A stretch of 64,000 nt of DNA from Azolla caroliniana (GCA_043228905.1 JBHGNT010000003.1:22692001-22756000); one strand, 5' to 3'; shown: positions 1-12,732, numbered from the stretch's first letter. The notes: generated by a model from the letters alone, not told the origin. A program made the numbers and translations.

Positions 1-1593
1 GTGTACATCAAGGAGCCGATTGCCGGTGCATACGGTACTAACTTCATAATGTCCCCCTCCGAACCGGATGTCGAGCAATCTCGTTGAGACAGCCGAAGCC
101 TAATGGTTAGCGGGGTCGAAGCGGGTTTAGCCGATTGCATGTTGAAGTGTTCAAGGACATGAATAATATACTCGTATTGGGACAAAAACAATTGTCTTTG
201 ATTTTGATTCCGACTGATCTTCATGTCGAGAATGTGTCTTGTTGGACCGAGGTCCTTCATGGCAAACTTCAACTGTAGTTGCCGAACGAGTTCGGAAAGC
301 TCTCCGGCTTGCCGACCGGCGATTAGCATGTCGTCCACATAGATGATGAGGAAGATGGGTGACCCATCTCGAGTTGTTTTCATGAAGAGACAATGGTCCT
401 TATTGTTCTTCAAGAAGCCGGCTGACTAAATGAAGTCATTGAACGGTGCCTGTTTTAGGCCGTAAAAACTCTTTCTGAGTCGATAGACTAGATGTTCTTA
501 GCTGGGTGCAACGAAGCCTTTAAGATGCTATATATAAATTTCCTCCTCTAGATCACCATGGAGGAATGTCGTTTTGACATATGTCTGAATCAGGTCTAAA
601 TTCTTGGTTGCCATGATGCTGAGATTAAAGCGGAGGGTTGTCATTTTCACCACTGGTGAAAAAACTTTGTCAAAATCGACGACATATTCTTGTCGAAACC
701 CTTTCGCAACTAATCTGGCCTTGATTTTTGGGGTGACTGAATCAAACATCTCTTGAATTCTATAGACCCATTTGCACGGAAGGGTACGTCGATTTTTCGG
801 TAGTTCGATCAAGTCCCAAGTTTGGTTTGCTCGAATGGAGTTCATTTCAGACTCCATGGCCAGATGCCAGGTGGTCGAATCGGCAGATGCCGATGCTTCT
901 TCGTATGATGTCGGTTCTCCGGTGTCTGTAAAGAAGATTCCAGGAGAGTATCTCTCCGAGGGCTGCGAAAGTCTCTCAAATCTTCGAGGTATAACTGGAC
1001 TAGTCGCATCGGGTGTCGAAGTCGGATGGTCAGAAGCCGAAACATTTGGTTATGCCGAGTCGGATGTTGTCGAGTCAGTACTAGAGGTTTCGGCTACCCG
1101 TGAACCCAATCTTGTGTTGTGGGTTGGGCCTTTGTGAAGGGTTGGCACATCCGAAAAATTTAACCTTCGGACTTCGATCAGTTTTTCGGTCGATTGATGC
1201 ATGGTTGACTCATTGAACACTATGTTCGAACTTTGGACGATCTGTATGTGCTCGGGATCCCACAGTTAGTAGCCAATTTCGCCATCTGGTCCATGACCGA
1301 GGAAAAATGCATTTCTTGGACCTTGGTGCAAGTTTGCGGCGATCTTCTTTCGGTATGAGGGCGTATGCCTCACAACCGAAAATCCTCAGCTTGTTGTAAT
1401 TCGGTTTGTTGTCGTTCCATAGTTCTTGAGGTATCCGAAGCTAGAGTTCTACTCGGCGACATATTGTTTATGTGTACTGCCATTCGATAGTCTGGAGTGT
1501 TGAAGCATGGAAACTATCCTTTCTTGAATTGTCTGATTCATCAGCTCGACAATGTCGTTCTGCTCCGGACTATGGGGTGTCGTATATTCACAT

Positions 1594-2818
1594 TGTCGTG
1601 AAGATTTTCGACAATGGTGTGAAAATTGCGAGGAATGTCCAAAATCGAGTGTGGTTCTTCACACAAGATATAAAACAATAAGAGTAAAAATACTATTTCA
1701 AATAAATTTAATATCTTTGTACAAAAAGATGGAGGTCTTGAAGAGCTTTTGAATGCATTTTACTACATAACAAACGGTCAACTAAGTGTGAAGTTATGTG
1801 GGTATAAAGTTGCGAAAAAAAAGAAAAGAAAAGAAAAGAAAAACAAACATGTGAGATGTCCCACATAGATAGGACAAACAAGGATCCTACAATATATAAA
1901 GCAAAGCCAAAAGCTATTATTTTGTATCTATGTGTGGAGCATAGAGAGTTTAAGGTGACTTGAACTAAGTTAATCAAATGAATAGGTGTGGCCTAGCTAC
2001 TTTCAAAGGTTTTGGCCAACCAAAACCGAACCAACGGCGGCAACCGGTGATCGGATCGGGATGCGGCGACCGGCCGGTGACGGAACCGGCTAGGGTTGCG
2101 TACCAATCCGAATCGGGATGCGACGACTGGCCGGTGACGGAACCAACTAGGGATGCGAACAAAACGGGTGCAAATTGGATGGATCGGTTGATCATGGTGC
2201 ATGGTGTCTTAAAAATATTTGGTGTAATTACAAGATCAAAAGCCTAATAGTATTTTGTGCTTTAAAAAGGGATGTATGCAAGACTTGAACATTGCACCTC
2301 CAAGTTGAGAGTTTATATACTTACCATTAAACCAAATAATTTCTTCAGGGACTTATTTTTATCACTATACTTTTACATGTAATTCTCATACATGAGAGCT
2401 TAGATGATAACATGGCAAGAATGCATTGCATGCATTTCATGCATTCTGTGCTAGTCTTGCACCCTCACATGCACCATATGCATGGGGGCATTTATAAAAG
2501 AGTGGAGGAATCAAGCAAGGAGGAGGTATAATCAAGAAATTAAAACTAAGATATTCATTATCCAATTGATGTATCAATCATGTTCTTCAATTCTAAAGTC
2601 AAGAGTTCAATCTTAATCTCTCTCAATCTAAAGTCAAGAGTTCAATCTTAATCTCTCTCAATCTAAAGTCAAGAGTTCTATCTTATCTCAATCTCTCTCT
2701 CTTTCAATCTATCTTAATTCCTTTCTCGCTTAAGCTAGTGCAATCTTTGTGTCCTTCCGGTCCAGAACCCCGGTGGTTCCGTCTCACGATCTGTACCTAG
2801 TGACAGATCTTCACGACA
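1594..2818 (+). mobile_element. Element X1: solo-LTR-like insertion (TG...CA, 12-bp TIR, 4-bp TSD) in the integrase of copia A
   Basis: Ends are TGTCGTGAAGAT and ATCTTCACGACA. Flanks are ACAT and ACGT; the uninterrupted site in element B (~9807-9815) reads TTCACGTC. TATAAAA at ~2494. No coding capacity seen. Confidence 0.85.
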
Positions 2819-5260
2819 ACGTCGTATGCTGCATTGTTGGCAAAATCTGACGAATTCTTCAGATATGAACTCTCCTCCATTATTGGTCCGAAAGCTTTTC
2901 AGTTTTCGGCCGGACTGATTCTCGACCATAGCGAGCCAATCGGAGAAAATCGAGAACACTCAATCTGTGGTCTTTTCGGATACGCCCACACCTTTCGAGT
3001 CGAGTCGTCAAAGAAGCTAACGAAATACAAGGCATAGAGAAGAGACTGATGTGGCATGGGGCCACTGACGTCCGAGTGGACCAAATCGAGTGGACTCAAT
3101 TCTCTCAATGTTGATGTCGGGTGTGAGGTTATGATTTGTTTTTCGTACTAGTAGTGCTCGCAGAATTGATGATCCAAGAAGGAGAGTTTAGGGATGTATT
3201 CAACTCTAGATAAATGCATGATGTCGGCCTTTCTGAGGTATCTGAGTCGTCTGAGTCGTCCATGCCAAAGTGATGACACAGGAATGTCGACCAAGAACAA
3301 GTCAACCTCTCTAAGTGTGATATATAACGGGTACAACGAGTGTACTTTTGGTCCTCGAGCAAGTAGGAGGTTCCCCCTATGGACTGTCCACCCTTTTTTA
3401 TGAGAATCCAACACGAATGTCGTCTTCGTCCAGTTGTCCGACTGAGATCAAAGGACTTGAGAGCTCAGGTACATGTCGGACATTGTGTAGTACCAATGTA
3501 GAGCCACCCAGAAGGTTGAGCTCTATTGTGCCGATTCCGATAATTGCACAGTGCTGCGAATTTCCAACTCGGACTAGGTCGGAATGTCAGGTCGAGTATT
3601 GCCAAAATTGTCATTGATGAGGAATTATGTGATATGAAGCGCCTGAGTCCAAGAGTCAAGTGCTTAACTCTTCAGTCGTAAGCAGAACTTCTCATTCAAC
3701 TAGGTTTTCAATGGATAGTATGTTCGGGTCGTTTGACAATGCCTCCAATGAGGAGCCGACGTAGTTGAACGCCTCATGCCAGTCACTCTTCTGATCCGCT
3801 CGTTGAGCCTTCTCGTTTTTGGCCTTGAGTGCACGGAAATCAACTTTTATGTGTCCGGGTTTCTTGCAATAAATCTCGCGACTTCCTCCAACTTTGTTGG
3901 TTGTTCGGCTACTGTGAAGAACCTCTTCCTCGGTTGTTCGATCAGTCGGTCGAACCTTGTACTACATATGCGTTATTGGCCAAATAGTTTGCAAATGATT
4001 TCCTCCGAGCTGCTTCAGTCAGAATCGCGCTCATGACTGAGGAGTATTTAAGGGTCGTAGTCAATACGTTACACACGGTTGTGAAGAAAGTTTCCCACGA
4101 AAGGGGGAGACTACTCATAAGCAACATTGCTCTTATTTCATCCTTGATAGTCGTCCTCTGAGCCGAAATTTGGGAGCTCAAACTTTCGTACTCGTTGAGG
4201 TGTGCCTGGACCAAATCGGATTCTTTCATCCGAAGGTTATAAAGGTGTTGTATCAAACATATCTTCATAGCGGCTATCGTCTTTTCGTAGGTTTCTGAGA
4301 GTGTCTTCCATAGTTGGAAGGCAGTTGAACACTATTGCATTGTGAAGTACACAGACCCTGATAGGTGCATCCGAATGGTGGCTCTGACAATTCTATTGAG
4401 CTTCTCCCATTCGAGTGGCTTATATCGTTCTGGAGCATTTTCATTTTCGATGGGGTCGATTTGCCCCTTGACTATTAGATAGTCTTGGATCTACTCCTTC
4501 CAAAAGTTGATGTTCAATCCGTCGAATTTCCTTAGACTCATCTCTGACGAGCTGGATGTTGATGCCATCTATGTCGAATTTGGGAGGCTTTGTTTGGGGT
4601 TGGCTACGAACAGTGGTTGGGTACAACATATTGGCTCACCCGAATTCGTTCTAGTCAATTTTGAACACAAGTCGAATCTGATTCAAAATTCGGGAGACTC
4701 GATCCGAAGTGACTACGGTTGAATAACTTAGTCGAGTTGGACCCGAGTATGTTGATTCGATTTCGAATGACGATTTTTGAGATTTTTGAACATAGAGTAT
4801 GTGCTGATTTTCCAGGCCGATCCTACTTTAGGTGACTATGACAATGAGAGGAACAGATTCAGCTAATCGTTGCGAATGTTGTCTAGCCGAATGCAACACG
4901 GAATAGGGTTTTTCTTGGAGCCCAACCAACTATGAGTGATTACGACAAGCGAGTGACTAGCGTTAGGTGACCTATTCGATTGTTGTCTAATCCAATGTAG
5001 TACGGTTGAGGCAAAGATGTTGTGAAGCGAAATCTCACTCCGAGTGGCTACAATCACAAGAGTGAAATGTAGTCGATTGGCTCACTTCAATGGTGATTTA
5101 GAATAGTTGAGTGGAGATTTTGCCAGTGTCTCTCTCGCGAAAACGGTGTACAAAAGAGTATGCAACCAAGATCTTCACGGTGTACAGAAAAAGAGTTGTT
5201 GATGGAAACTAGATAGATGGCAACAACAGAATCGAAAGAACCTCAAGCTCTGATACTAGA

Positions 5261-5598
5261 TGTTGTATATGCAATTGTCTAGTGTGGATGTATTTGCACA
5301 AGGTCTTTCTAATGAAAATTTCTTAAGTTTTTCTTTTTTCTCACTCACTCTTCTCTTCTTCTTTCATCTCATTCTCTCATTCTCTTTTACTCTTGTTCAC
5401 CTCTAATCCTACTCACCTTAGTTTCACTTGCATCATTGCTTTATTTCTTTTCTTACTCTTCCCATATCATCTCAATAGTTGTTTGCTCATTCGCTCGCAC
5501 TCCTTGTCATGTGCTACGGTCACAACATAAATAGCCTAGACAGAATGTGTACAAAAGGAGACAATGTGAATACGTCCATTAGAGAGCCGCATTCAATA
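5261..5598 (-). repeat. Probable 5' LTR of copia A
   Basis: Starts TGTTG 2 bp from the PBS. Its right end (GACAATGTGAATACGTCCATTA...ATTCAATA) matches the right end of the element B LTRs (GACAATGTGAATACGGCCATTA...ATTCGACA). The partner LTR is outside the window. Confidence 0.6.
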
Positions 5599-6585
5599 GA
5601 GTGTTGAGGAATACTAGGTAGTAAGGATTTGATAGGTACTTTATGGTCACTTGAATAGAGGAATAAAGTTGATTGATTGGAGGAGATCGCGGAGAGGATC
5701 TGAATGAAAAGCGATTGTCTTTACAACCGATGTAACAGTCTCTCCCTCCTTGAGCTATAAAAGGAGGGAGAGAAGGTTGAAGGAGGGATCCACATTTGAG
5801 GAGAACGAAGTGTTGTCGGTTTGAGATCTGAGCCCTATCATTCCCTCTGTTTTTTGTTCTATGCTGATTTCCGGGAGAAGGCAAAGTCCTCTGCTCACGT
5901 AGGAACCCCATGAGCTCCCCATCGGAGTAATTTCCTATTTCACTTTGTTAATCATTAACCTTGTTGTGTCTCTCCATGTTCTTACATCTGTTCTGTTCCT
6001 GTTTGAATGCATGTTTCCGTGTATGTGAGCCTGTGAGCCCCTTGCTGCTATCTGTCAGTTGGTCCGAAGTGGTATACATCTCTGAGCTCGTGAGCTCCTT
6101 GATGCTATCCGTCAGCTGGTCTGAAGCGGTGTCGTGAAGATTTTCGGCAATGGTGTGAAAATCACATAAAACGTATGAAATCGAGTGTGATTCATATAAA
6201 ACAATAATAGTGAAGATACTAATTTAAAGTAAGTTTAATATCTTAGTACAAAAAGATGGAGGTCTTGAAGAGCTTTCAGATGCATTTTACTACATAAGAA
6301 ACAGACATCTAAGTGTCAACTTATGTGGGTAGGAAGTTTGCAAAGACCAAGAGAAAAATAAAATTGTGAGATATCCCACATAGACAAGATAAATAAGAAT
6401 CTCACCATATATATGGAAGAGCAAAATTCATTATCTTTGTGTCTATGTGTGGAGCATAGAGAGTTCAATCAAGTTGACTTGAACTAAGCTATTGGATGAA
6501 TGGGTGTGGCCTGGCTACTTGCAAAGGTTTTGGCCAACCAAAATCGGACCGACGACGGAGCCAACAACATCCGGCATATACATAA

Positions 6586-6663
6586 GGAGGGAAAGTAAGG
6601 ATTTGAACCTTGCACCTCCAAGTTCAGAGTTAATAAGCCTACCACTAAGCCAACACATTTTCT
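6586..6663 (-). promoter_or_regulatory. tRNA-like Pol III promoter cassette (A and B boxes) inside X2; homolog in X1 at ~2268-2345
   Basis: Minus strand reads TGGCTTAGTGG (A box, 6642-6652), a 32-nt spacer with a CTCTGAA loop and GGAGGT, then GGTTCAAATCC (B box, 6599-6609). X1 has TGGTTTAATGG and TGTTCAAGTCT with the same spacing. Confidence 0.65.
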
Positions 6664-7091
6664 TAGAATTATATTTTATCATTGTAACTTTACATGTAAA
6701 TTCTCATACATGAGAACTAAAATGAGTGACATGGTTAACATGCACCACATGTTATACATGAGCGCCAAATGGCAAACATGCATTTTATGCATATCTTGTA
6801 CCCTCAAATGCATGAGGGCATCTATAAAAGAGGGGAGGAAAAAGATGAGAGACTAATGTAAATTTTTTGAATGATTAAATAAGAGACTTGTAACCCTATT
6901 GTTGATGTATCTTCTCTCTCAAATCTAAAATCAAGAGTTAAATCTTTATTTCAGTATCTCTCTCTTGCCATATCAAACTCTCTCAATCTATCCTAAATAC
7001 TTCTCGCTAAACCTAGTGTAAACTTCGAATCCTTCCGGTCTAGAACCCCGACGGTTCCGCCTCACGATCTGCGCCTAGTGACGAATCTTCA

Positions 7092-7172
7092 TGTTGGGGA
7101 CAAGGTCGTCAGTGCGGAAGAACAAACAACATTTGTGATGGTGAAGAACCTGCGTATGCGAATGAACACAAG

Positions 7173-7225
<53 letters not shown>

Positions 7226-7415
7226 CACAAAGAAACAGTTTATTTCTTAATAGCAACAGTTACAAAAACAACAACAACCATTAAAGGTTACAAAGTCACT
7301 TTATATAGTGATTATCCTAAGGCAATCGCCCTTTATGCTATTTACAGAAATAGCCCAAACTTGGGTTGTCCAAAGGGACAATGTGAATACGGCCATTATA
7401 CACTCGTATTTGACA
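7092..7415 (-). repeat. 3' LTR of copia B, containing an (AG)n tract
   Basis: Direct repeat of 12254-12573 and adjacent to the PPT. Confidence 0.95.
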
Positions 7416-7610
7416 CTCCCCCGTAATGGGCATATACATGGGTTATCTTAAATTACAAGTATATACAAGGTTTATCATACAGATCGGTTTTGTTCGAGTC
7501 TGCAAGATCTGAAGACAAAAGACCGAATTGGTCGGGTCGGAAAAGTTGAAGACGATCCTCAAAGGACCGATGTTGGTTGTATGAAACCATCCTGTGTTGT
7601 GTGTCCGACT

Positions 7611-10600
7611 TTAACCAAACTGATTTTTCGTTACGCCCATCTGGTGCCGAAGGGACCGTAAGCGATCCGCCGAAAGACACTTGGTCATTCCATTTGCGAC
7701 ATTATCGGTTGTGGATATCTTCTCGAGACCGATTTTCCCTGAAATGACGCAGTCCCGAACAAAGTGATATCGAACATCGATATGCTTGGAGGCGTTGTGG
7801 TGAACCAGATTTTTTTGACAAAGCAACAACACCCTAACTGTCGTTGTAGACAACTGGAGCCGAGTCGAGGTCAACTTGTCGAAACGTGTGCACCAGCCGA
7901 TTGAGCAATAAAGCTTCTTTTGCCGTGTCAGACGCAGCCATTGAGGTGGCTGTGCTCTCCTGAAGTTTCGACTTCCACGAGATTGCTCCATTGCCGAATT
8001 TGAAACAATATCTGGTTGTTGATTTCCGAGTGTCCATGCAGCTGGCGAAGTCCAAGTCGGTGTAACCGACTATGCCTGAGGTTGAGTTCGAGCCAAAAAG
8101 AATGCCATGGTCTTTTGTGCGAGCTAGATATCTGAACACATGCTTGACTGCGTTCCAATGCGATCGGCCTGGGTTGTGCATGAATCTGCTGACGACTCCT
8201 ACGGCGTGAGAGATATCAGGCTGTGTCGCGACCATCGCGTACATAAGGGAGCCGACTGTCGGTGCATACGGTACCGACTTCATATCTTCCCCCTCCGGAC
8301 CGGATGTCGGGCAATCTCGCTGAGACAGCCGAAGGTTAATGGGGAGCGGGGTCGAAGCATACTTGGCCGAGTGCATGTTGAAGCGTTCCAAGACACGTTC
8401 GATGTAGTCGATTTGAGCCAAGAAAAGTTGTCGTGTATCGCGATGTTGACTAATCTTCATACCAAGTATGTGTCTTGCCGAACCAAGGTCCTTCATGGCA
8501 AACTTCAACCATAGTTTCCGAACGAGTTCAGTGAGCTCTCCAGCATGCCGGTCGGAGAGTAGCATGTCGTCCACGTAAATGATGAGGAAGATGGGAGACC
8601 CGTCTTGAGTTGTTTTGGTGAAGAGACAGTGGTCCTCATCGCTCTTGGAGAAGCCGACTGATTGGATGAAGTCGTCGAACTTCTTGTACCACTGTCGGGG
8701 TGCCTGTTTCAGGTCGTATAGACTCTTCATGAGTCGGCAGACTAGATGTTCCTGGTTGGATGCCACAAAGCCTTTCGGCTGCTCCATATAGATTTCCTCC
8801 TGTAGGTCACCGTGGAGGAATGCCATTTTTACATCTAGCTGAATAAGCTCCAAGTTGTCAGCAGCCACGACGCCGAGCATGAAATGAAGGATGGTCATTT
8901 TCACCACTAGTGAAAAGATTTCGTCGAAGTTGATGCCATATTCTTGTCGAAATCCCTTCGCAACTAATCTGGCCTTGAACTTTGGGTTGGTCAAGTCGGA
9001 CGTCTCTCTTAGTCGATAGACCGACTTACACGGAAGAGCATGTCGATTCAACCAAGTCCCAAGTCTTGTTTGCGTAAATGGAGTGCATTTCCGACTCCAT
9101 CGCCAGATGCCAGGTGGCTGAGTCGGCAGATGTCGATTCGCCGGCGTTGGTAAAGAAAATTCCAGGAGAGTACCTTTCCGGAGGTTGCGACAGTCTCTCG
9201 GATCTTCGAGGTATGACTAGACTGGTCACACCGGGTATAGGTGTCGGATGGTCGGAAACCGAGCCACTCGGTTGTGCTGAATCGGTGGATTCAAGACGAG
9301 AGATGTTGGTTACCCGTGAAACCGATCTCGTGTTGTGGGTTGGGCCTTCATGAAGGGTTGGCACTTCGGAGAATATTACCCTTCGGACTCCAATAGGCCT
9401 TTCGGCCATTTTATGCGTCCGAACATCAGACGATTTGCTTGTGCTCGAGGTCCCAGAGTCGGTATCTGATCTCGCCGTCGGGTCCATATCCAAGGAAAAT
9501 GCATTTCCTTGATCTTGGTTCGAGTTTCCAGCGGTCATCTTTCGGTATGAGGGCATACGCCTCGCAGCCGAAGATCCTCAGCTTGTCATAATTCGGCTTA
9601 CTGCCGGTCCATGTTTCCTGAGGTATTTGAAGTCCTAGAGGTCTACTTGGCGACATATTTATTATGTGTACTGCCGTAAGTAGAGCCTCCGCCCAGAAGC
9701 CATTCGACAATCTCGAGTGTTGGAGCATGGATACTATGCGTTCTTGAATCGTCTGATTCATGTGTTTAGCAATTCCGTTCTGCTCCGGACTATAGGGTGT
9801 CGTATATTCACGTCAAATGTCGCGTTCCTGGCAAAATTTGACAAATGCTTCAGACTTGAATTCCCCTCCGTTGTCGGTTCGAAGACATTTCAGTTTCCGA
9901 CCGCTCTGATTTTCGACCATTGCAAGCCATTCGGAGAAGATCGAGAACACCCGATCTTTGGTTCTAATGGGGTAAACCCACACCTTCCGAGTCAAGTCGT
10001 CAATGAAACAGACAAAGTAGGAAGCACCGCCGAGAGACTAATGTGGCATCGGGCCACAGACGTCTGAGTGGACCAAATCGAGGGGACTCGATTCTCTTGG
10101 TGCTGATGTCGGGTGTGATGCGGCTACATGTTTGCCATATTGGCAATGCTCGCAGAATTGGTGATCCGAGAAGGAGAGCTTGGGGATGTAACCGGCTCTG
10201 GATAGGTGTGTTATGCCGGCCTTGTTGAGGTGTCCAAGTCGTCTGTGCCATAACGATGACATGGGGATATCAACCAGAAATAAGTCACCCTCTTTGAGCG
10301 TGACATATAAAGGGTACAAAGAGTGTACCTTTGGTCCTCGAGCAAGCAGGAGGTTCCCTTTGTGGAGTGTCCACCCTCTTGATGAGAACCCAACACGGAT
10401 GCCGACTTCATCAAGTTGTCCGACTGAGATCAAGGGTCTTGAAAGCTCATGAACGTGTCGGACATTGTGCAGTATGAGTGTAGAGCCACCCGGAAGGTTG
10501 AGCTCTACGGTGCAGATTCCGATTATAGCACAGTGCTGCCAGTTTCTGACTCGAATTGAGTCGGAGTGCCGGACCGAGTATTGCCAAAACTGAGATCAGT

Positions 10601-11571
10601 GAGGTGTCACATGATACGATGTGCTCGAGTCCAGGAGCCATGTGCTCGATTCCTCAGTCGTAAGCAGAACTTCTTATTCGACTAGGTTCTCTATGGACAA
10701 TATGTTCGGGTCGGTCGTCCAAATTTCGGCTAAAGAGCCGACGTATTGACCTCCTCATGCCGGCTACTCTTCTGATCCGCTCTCTGAGCTTTGTCGGTTT
10801 TTGCTTTGAGTGCCCGATAGTCGGCTTTGATGTGTCCCAGTTTCTTGCAGTAGTTGCAAATTCGGTTGTCTCGGGACTTGCTCCGGCTTCGTTGATTGTT
10901 CAGCGGTCGGGAAGAACTTCTTCCCCGGTTGTTCGATCGGTCGGTCGAACCTTGTACTACCTAAGCTTTATCTGTCGGGTCTTTGGTGAAAGACTTTCTC
11001 CGAGCTGCTTCAGTCAAGATTGCGCTCGTGACTTTGGAGTACTTAACGATAGTCGTTGAAGCATTGCACACGATTGTAACGAATGTTTCCCATGAAGAGG
11101 GAGGCTACTCATGAGTATCATTGCTCTGAGTTCATCCTTGATTGTCATCCCCTGAGACGAGATTTGGGAGCTTATGCTTTTGTACTCGTTGAGGTGTGCC
11201 TGAACCGAATCAAATTCTTTCATCCGCAAGTTGTAGAGGCGTTGAATCAGATACATCTTCGTTGCGGCGACCTTCTTTTCATAAGTTTCCGATAGTGTTT
11301 TCCAACGTTCAAACGTTGTCGTGCATGATTGCATTGTGAAGTACACTGACTCCGACAAGTGCATCCGAATCGTGGAGATTCGGGCGCGGATGATTCTGTC
11401 CAGCTTTAGCCACTCATTTGCCTTGTATGCTTCTGGAGGATTTTCATTCTCAATCGGGTCTATCTGACTTTTGACTATGAGATAGTCCTACATTTGTTCC
11501 TTCCAGAAGTTGAAGTTTGAACCGTCGAACCTCCTTAGATTCATCTCCGATGAGCCAGATGTTGATGCCAT
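7611..11571 (-). pseudogene. Frameshifted gag-pol of copia B
   Basis: gag ATG at 11571; protease WLLDSSTSYH (~10611-10640); integrase HCQYGKH, HSDVCGP and LRTDNGGEF; RT YVDD in ORF 7834-9051; RNase H KHIDVRYHFVR. The ORF is broken into many pieces. Confidence 0.92.
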
Positions 11572-12253
11572 CTGCTTCAGTTTCGGTTGGTAAGACTCGG
11601 TTTGGAGTTGACTATGAACCTTAGTGGGGTGCATCCGATTGGCTCACTCGATATCGTTCTAGTCGGTTTTGAACCCGAGTTGGTTTGGTTTCGTATACTT
11701 GTTGCTAAACTTGCTCGGAGTGACTCCGGTAACTTGAGGGACAGAACCGGTTGGTCTTCCCGAATGTTGCCAAGTCAGAGTGAGCCCGATTAGCTTCTGA
11801 TTGTATGCCGAATACCGATTACAAGAAATCGATTGTTTGGGCCGATTCTGCTTCGAATGACTGTAGCGATGAGAGGGACGGATCCAACTGATCCTCCCGA
11901 ATGTCAATCAGTCGAATGAAGCATGAATTTGGTTGTTGCCAAGAGACCAATCTGCAGCGGGTGGTTACAACAAGCAAGTGAATAGCGTCCGGTGACCTAT
12001 TCGGATGTCGTTTAACCGAATGAAGCACGATTGGGTCGAGTGTTGCACAAGGAGCTCATCTCAAGTGGTTACAATAACAGGAACATAGTACATCCGACTA
12101 GCTTACTCTAATTAGTGATTTAACATAGTGAGATGCAGACTTCTTGTTTGTCTTCTCTCTTCTCTATTCTTCAAGAAAAACAGAAACAGAATGTTGTTGT
12201 GTACGATGACGGCCGACAGTGGGTTGAAGAACCTCCAATGCTCTGATACCAAA

Positions 12254-12332
12254 TGTTGGGGACAAGGTCGTCAATGTGGAAGAACAGACAACATTTGTGA
12301 TGGTGAAGAACCTACATATGCGAATGAACACA

Positions 12333-12382
<50 letters not shown>

Positions 12383-12573
12383 GCACAAAGAAACGGTTTA
12401 TTTCTTAATAGCAACAGTTACAAAAACAACAACAACCACTAAAGGTTACAAAGTCACTTTATATAGTGACTATCCTAGGGCAATTGCCCTTCATGCTATT
12501 TATAGAAATAACCCAAACTTGGGCTGTCCAAAGGGACAATGTGAATACAGCCATTATACACTTGTATTCGACA
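12254..12573 (-). repeat. 5' LTR of copia B
   Basis: Direct repeat of 7092-7415 and adjacent to the PBS. Confidence 0.95.
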
Positions 12574-12732
12574 CTTCATGACAATGGTATACATCTCTGA
12601 GCCCGTGCACTAGCCGTCCGACATTCGGGGGATCGAACCGGTTCAAACACGCGTCTGGAATCCGGTCTGGACAACCATCTTTTCTCACCGGTCCTTGGTT
12701 CGAGATCCTGGTGGTCTTACCCCGTTTCAACA

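Larger units (their letters stand above)
1..5598 (-). mobile_element. Ty1/copia LTR retrotransposon A (degenerate, 3' end outside window, interrupted by element X1 at 1594-2818)
   Basis: Minus-strand fragments in copia order: gag (ATG ~4568; ORF 3942-4268 LYNLRMKE), protease region ~3620-3660, GAG-pre-integrase and integrase (2735-3414, HSDVSGP), RT (528-857 KARLVAKGF; YVD motif near 330-345). PBS-like GCTCTGATACTA at 5247-5258. Many stops and frameshifts. Colinear with element B. Confidence 0.9.
7092..12573 (-). mobile_element. Full-length but decayed Ty1/copia retrotransposon B
   Basis: LTRs 7092-7415 and 12254-12573 (TG...CA). 5-bp TSD CTTCA at 7087-7091 and 12574-12578. PBS TGGTATCAGAGC (tRNA-iMet) at 12240-12251. 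PPT at 7416-7429. gag-PR-INT-RT-RH order. Confidence 0.97.
6130..12583 (+). mobile_element. Element X2: second copy of the X family (6130-7091 plus 12579-12583), split near its right end by copia B
   Basis: Starts TGTCGTGAAGATTTTCG like X1 and is colinear with it. The right TIR ATCTTCA|TGACA is restored when B is removed. Flanks GCGG and ATGG fit a decayed 4-bp TSD. Confidence 0.85.
5602..12732 (+). mobile_element. Probable solo LTR Y (~0.67 kb: 5602-6129 plus 12588-12732) split by X2 and copia B
   Basis: TGTTGA...TCAACA ends and TATAAAA at 5756. An internal ~58-bp repeat (GAAGYGGTATACATCTCTGAGC) resumes across the insertion at 12588. No TSD could be confirmed. Confidence 0.55.

Noticed and set aside
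6586-6663. Functional tRNA gene
   Set aside because: The acceptor and anticodon stems do not pair properly and the segment lies inside a repeat, so it is reported only as tRNA-derived.
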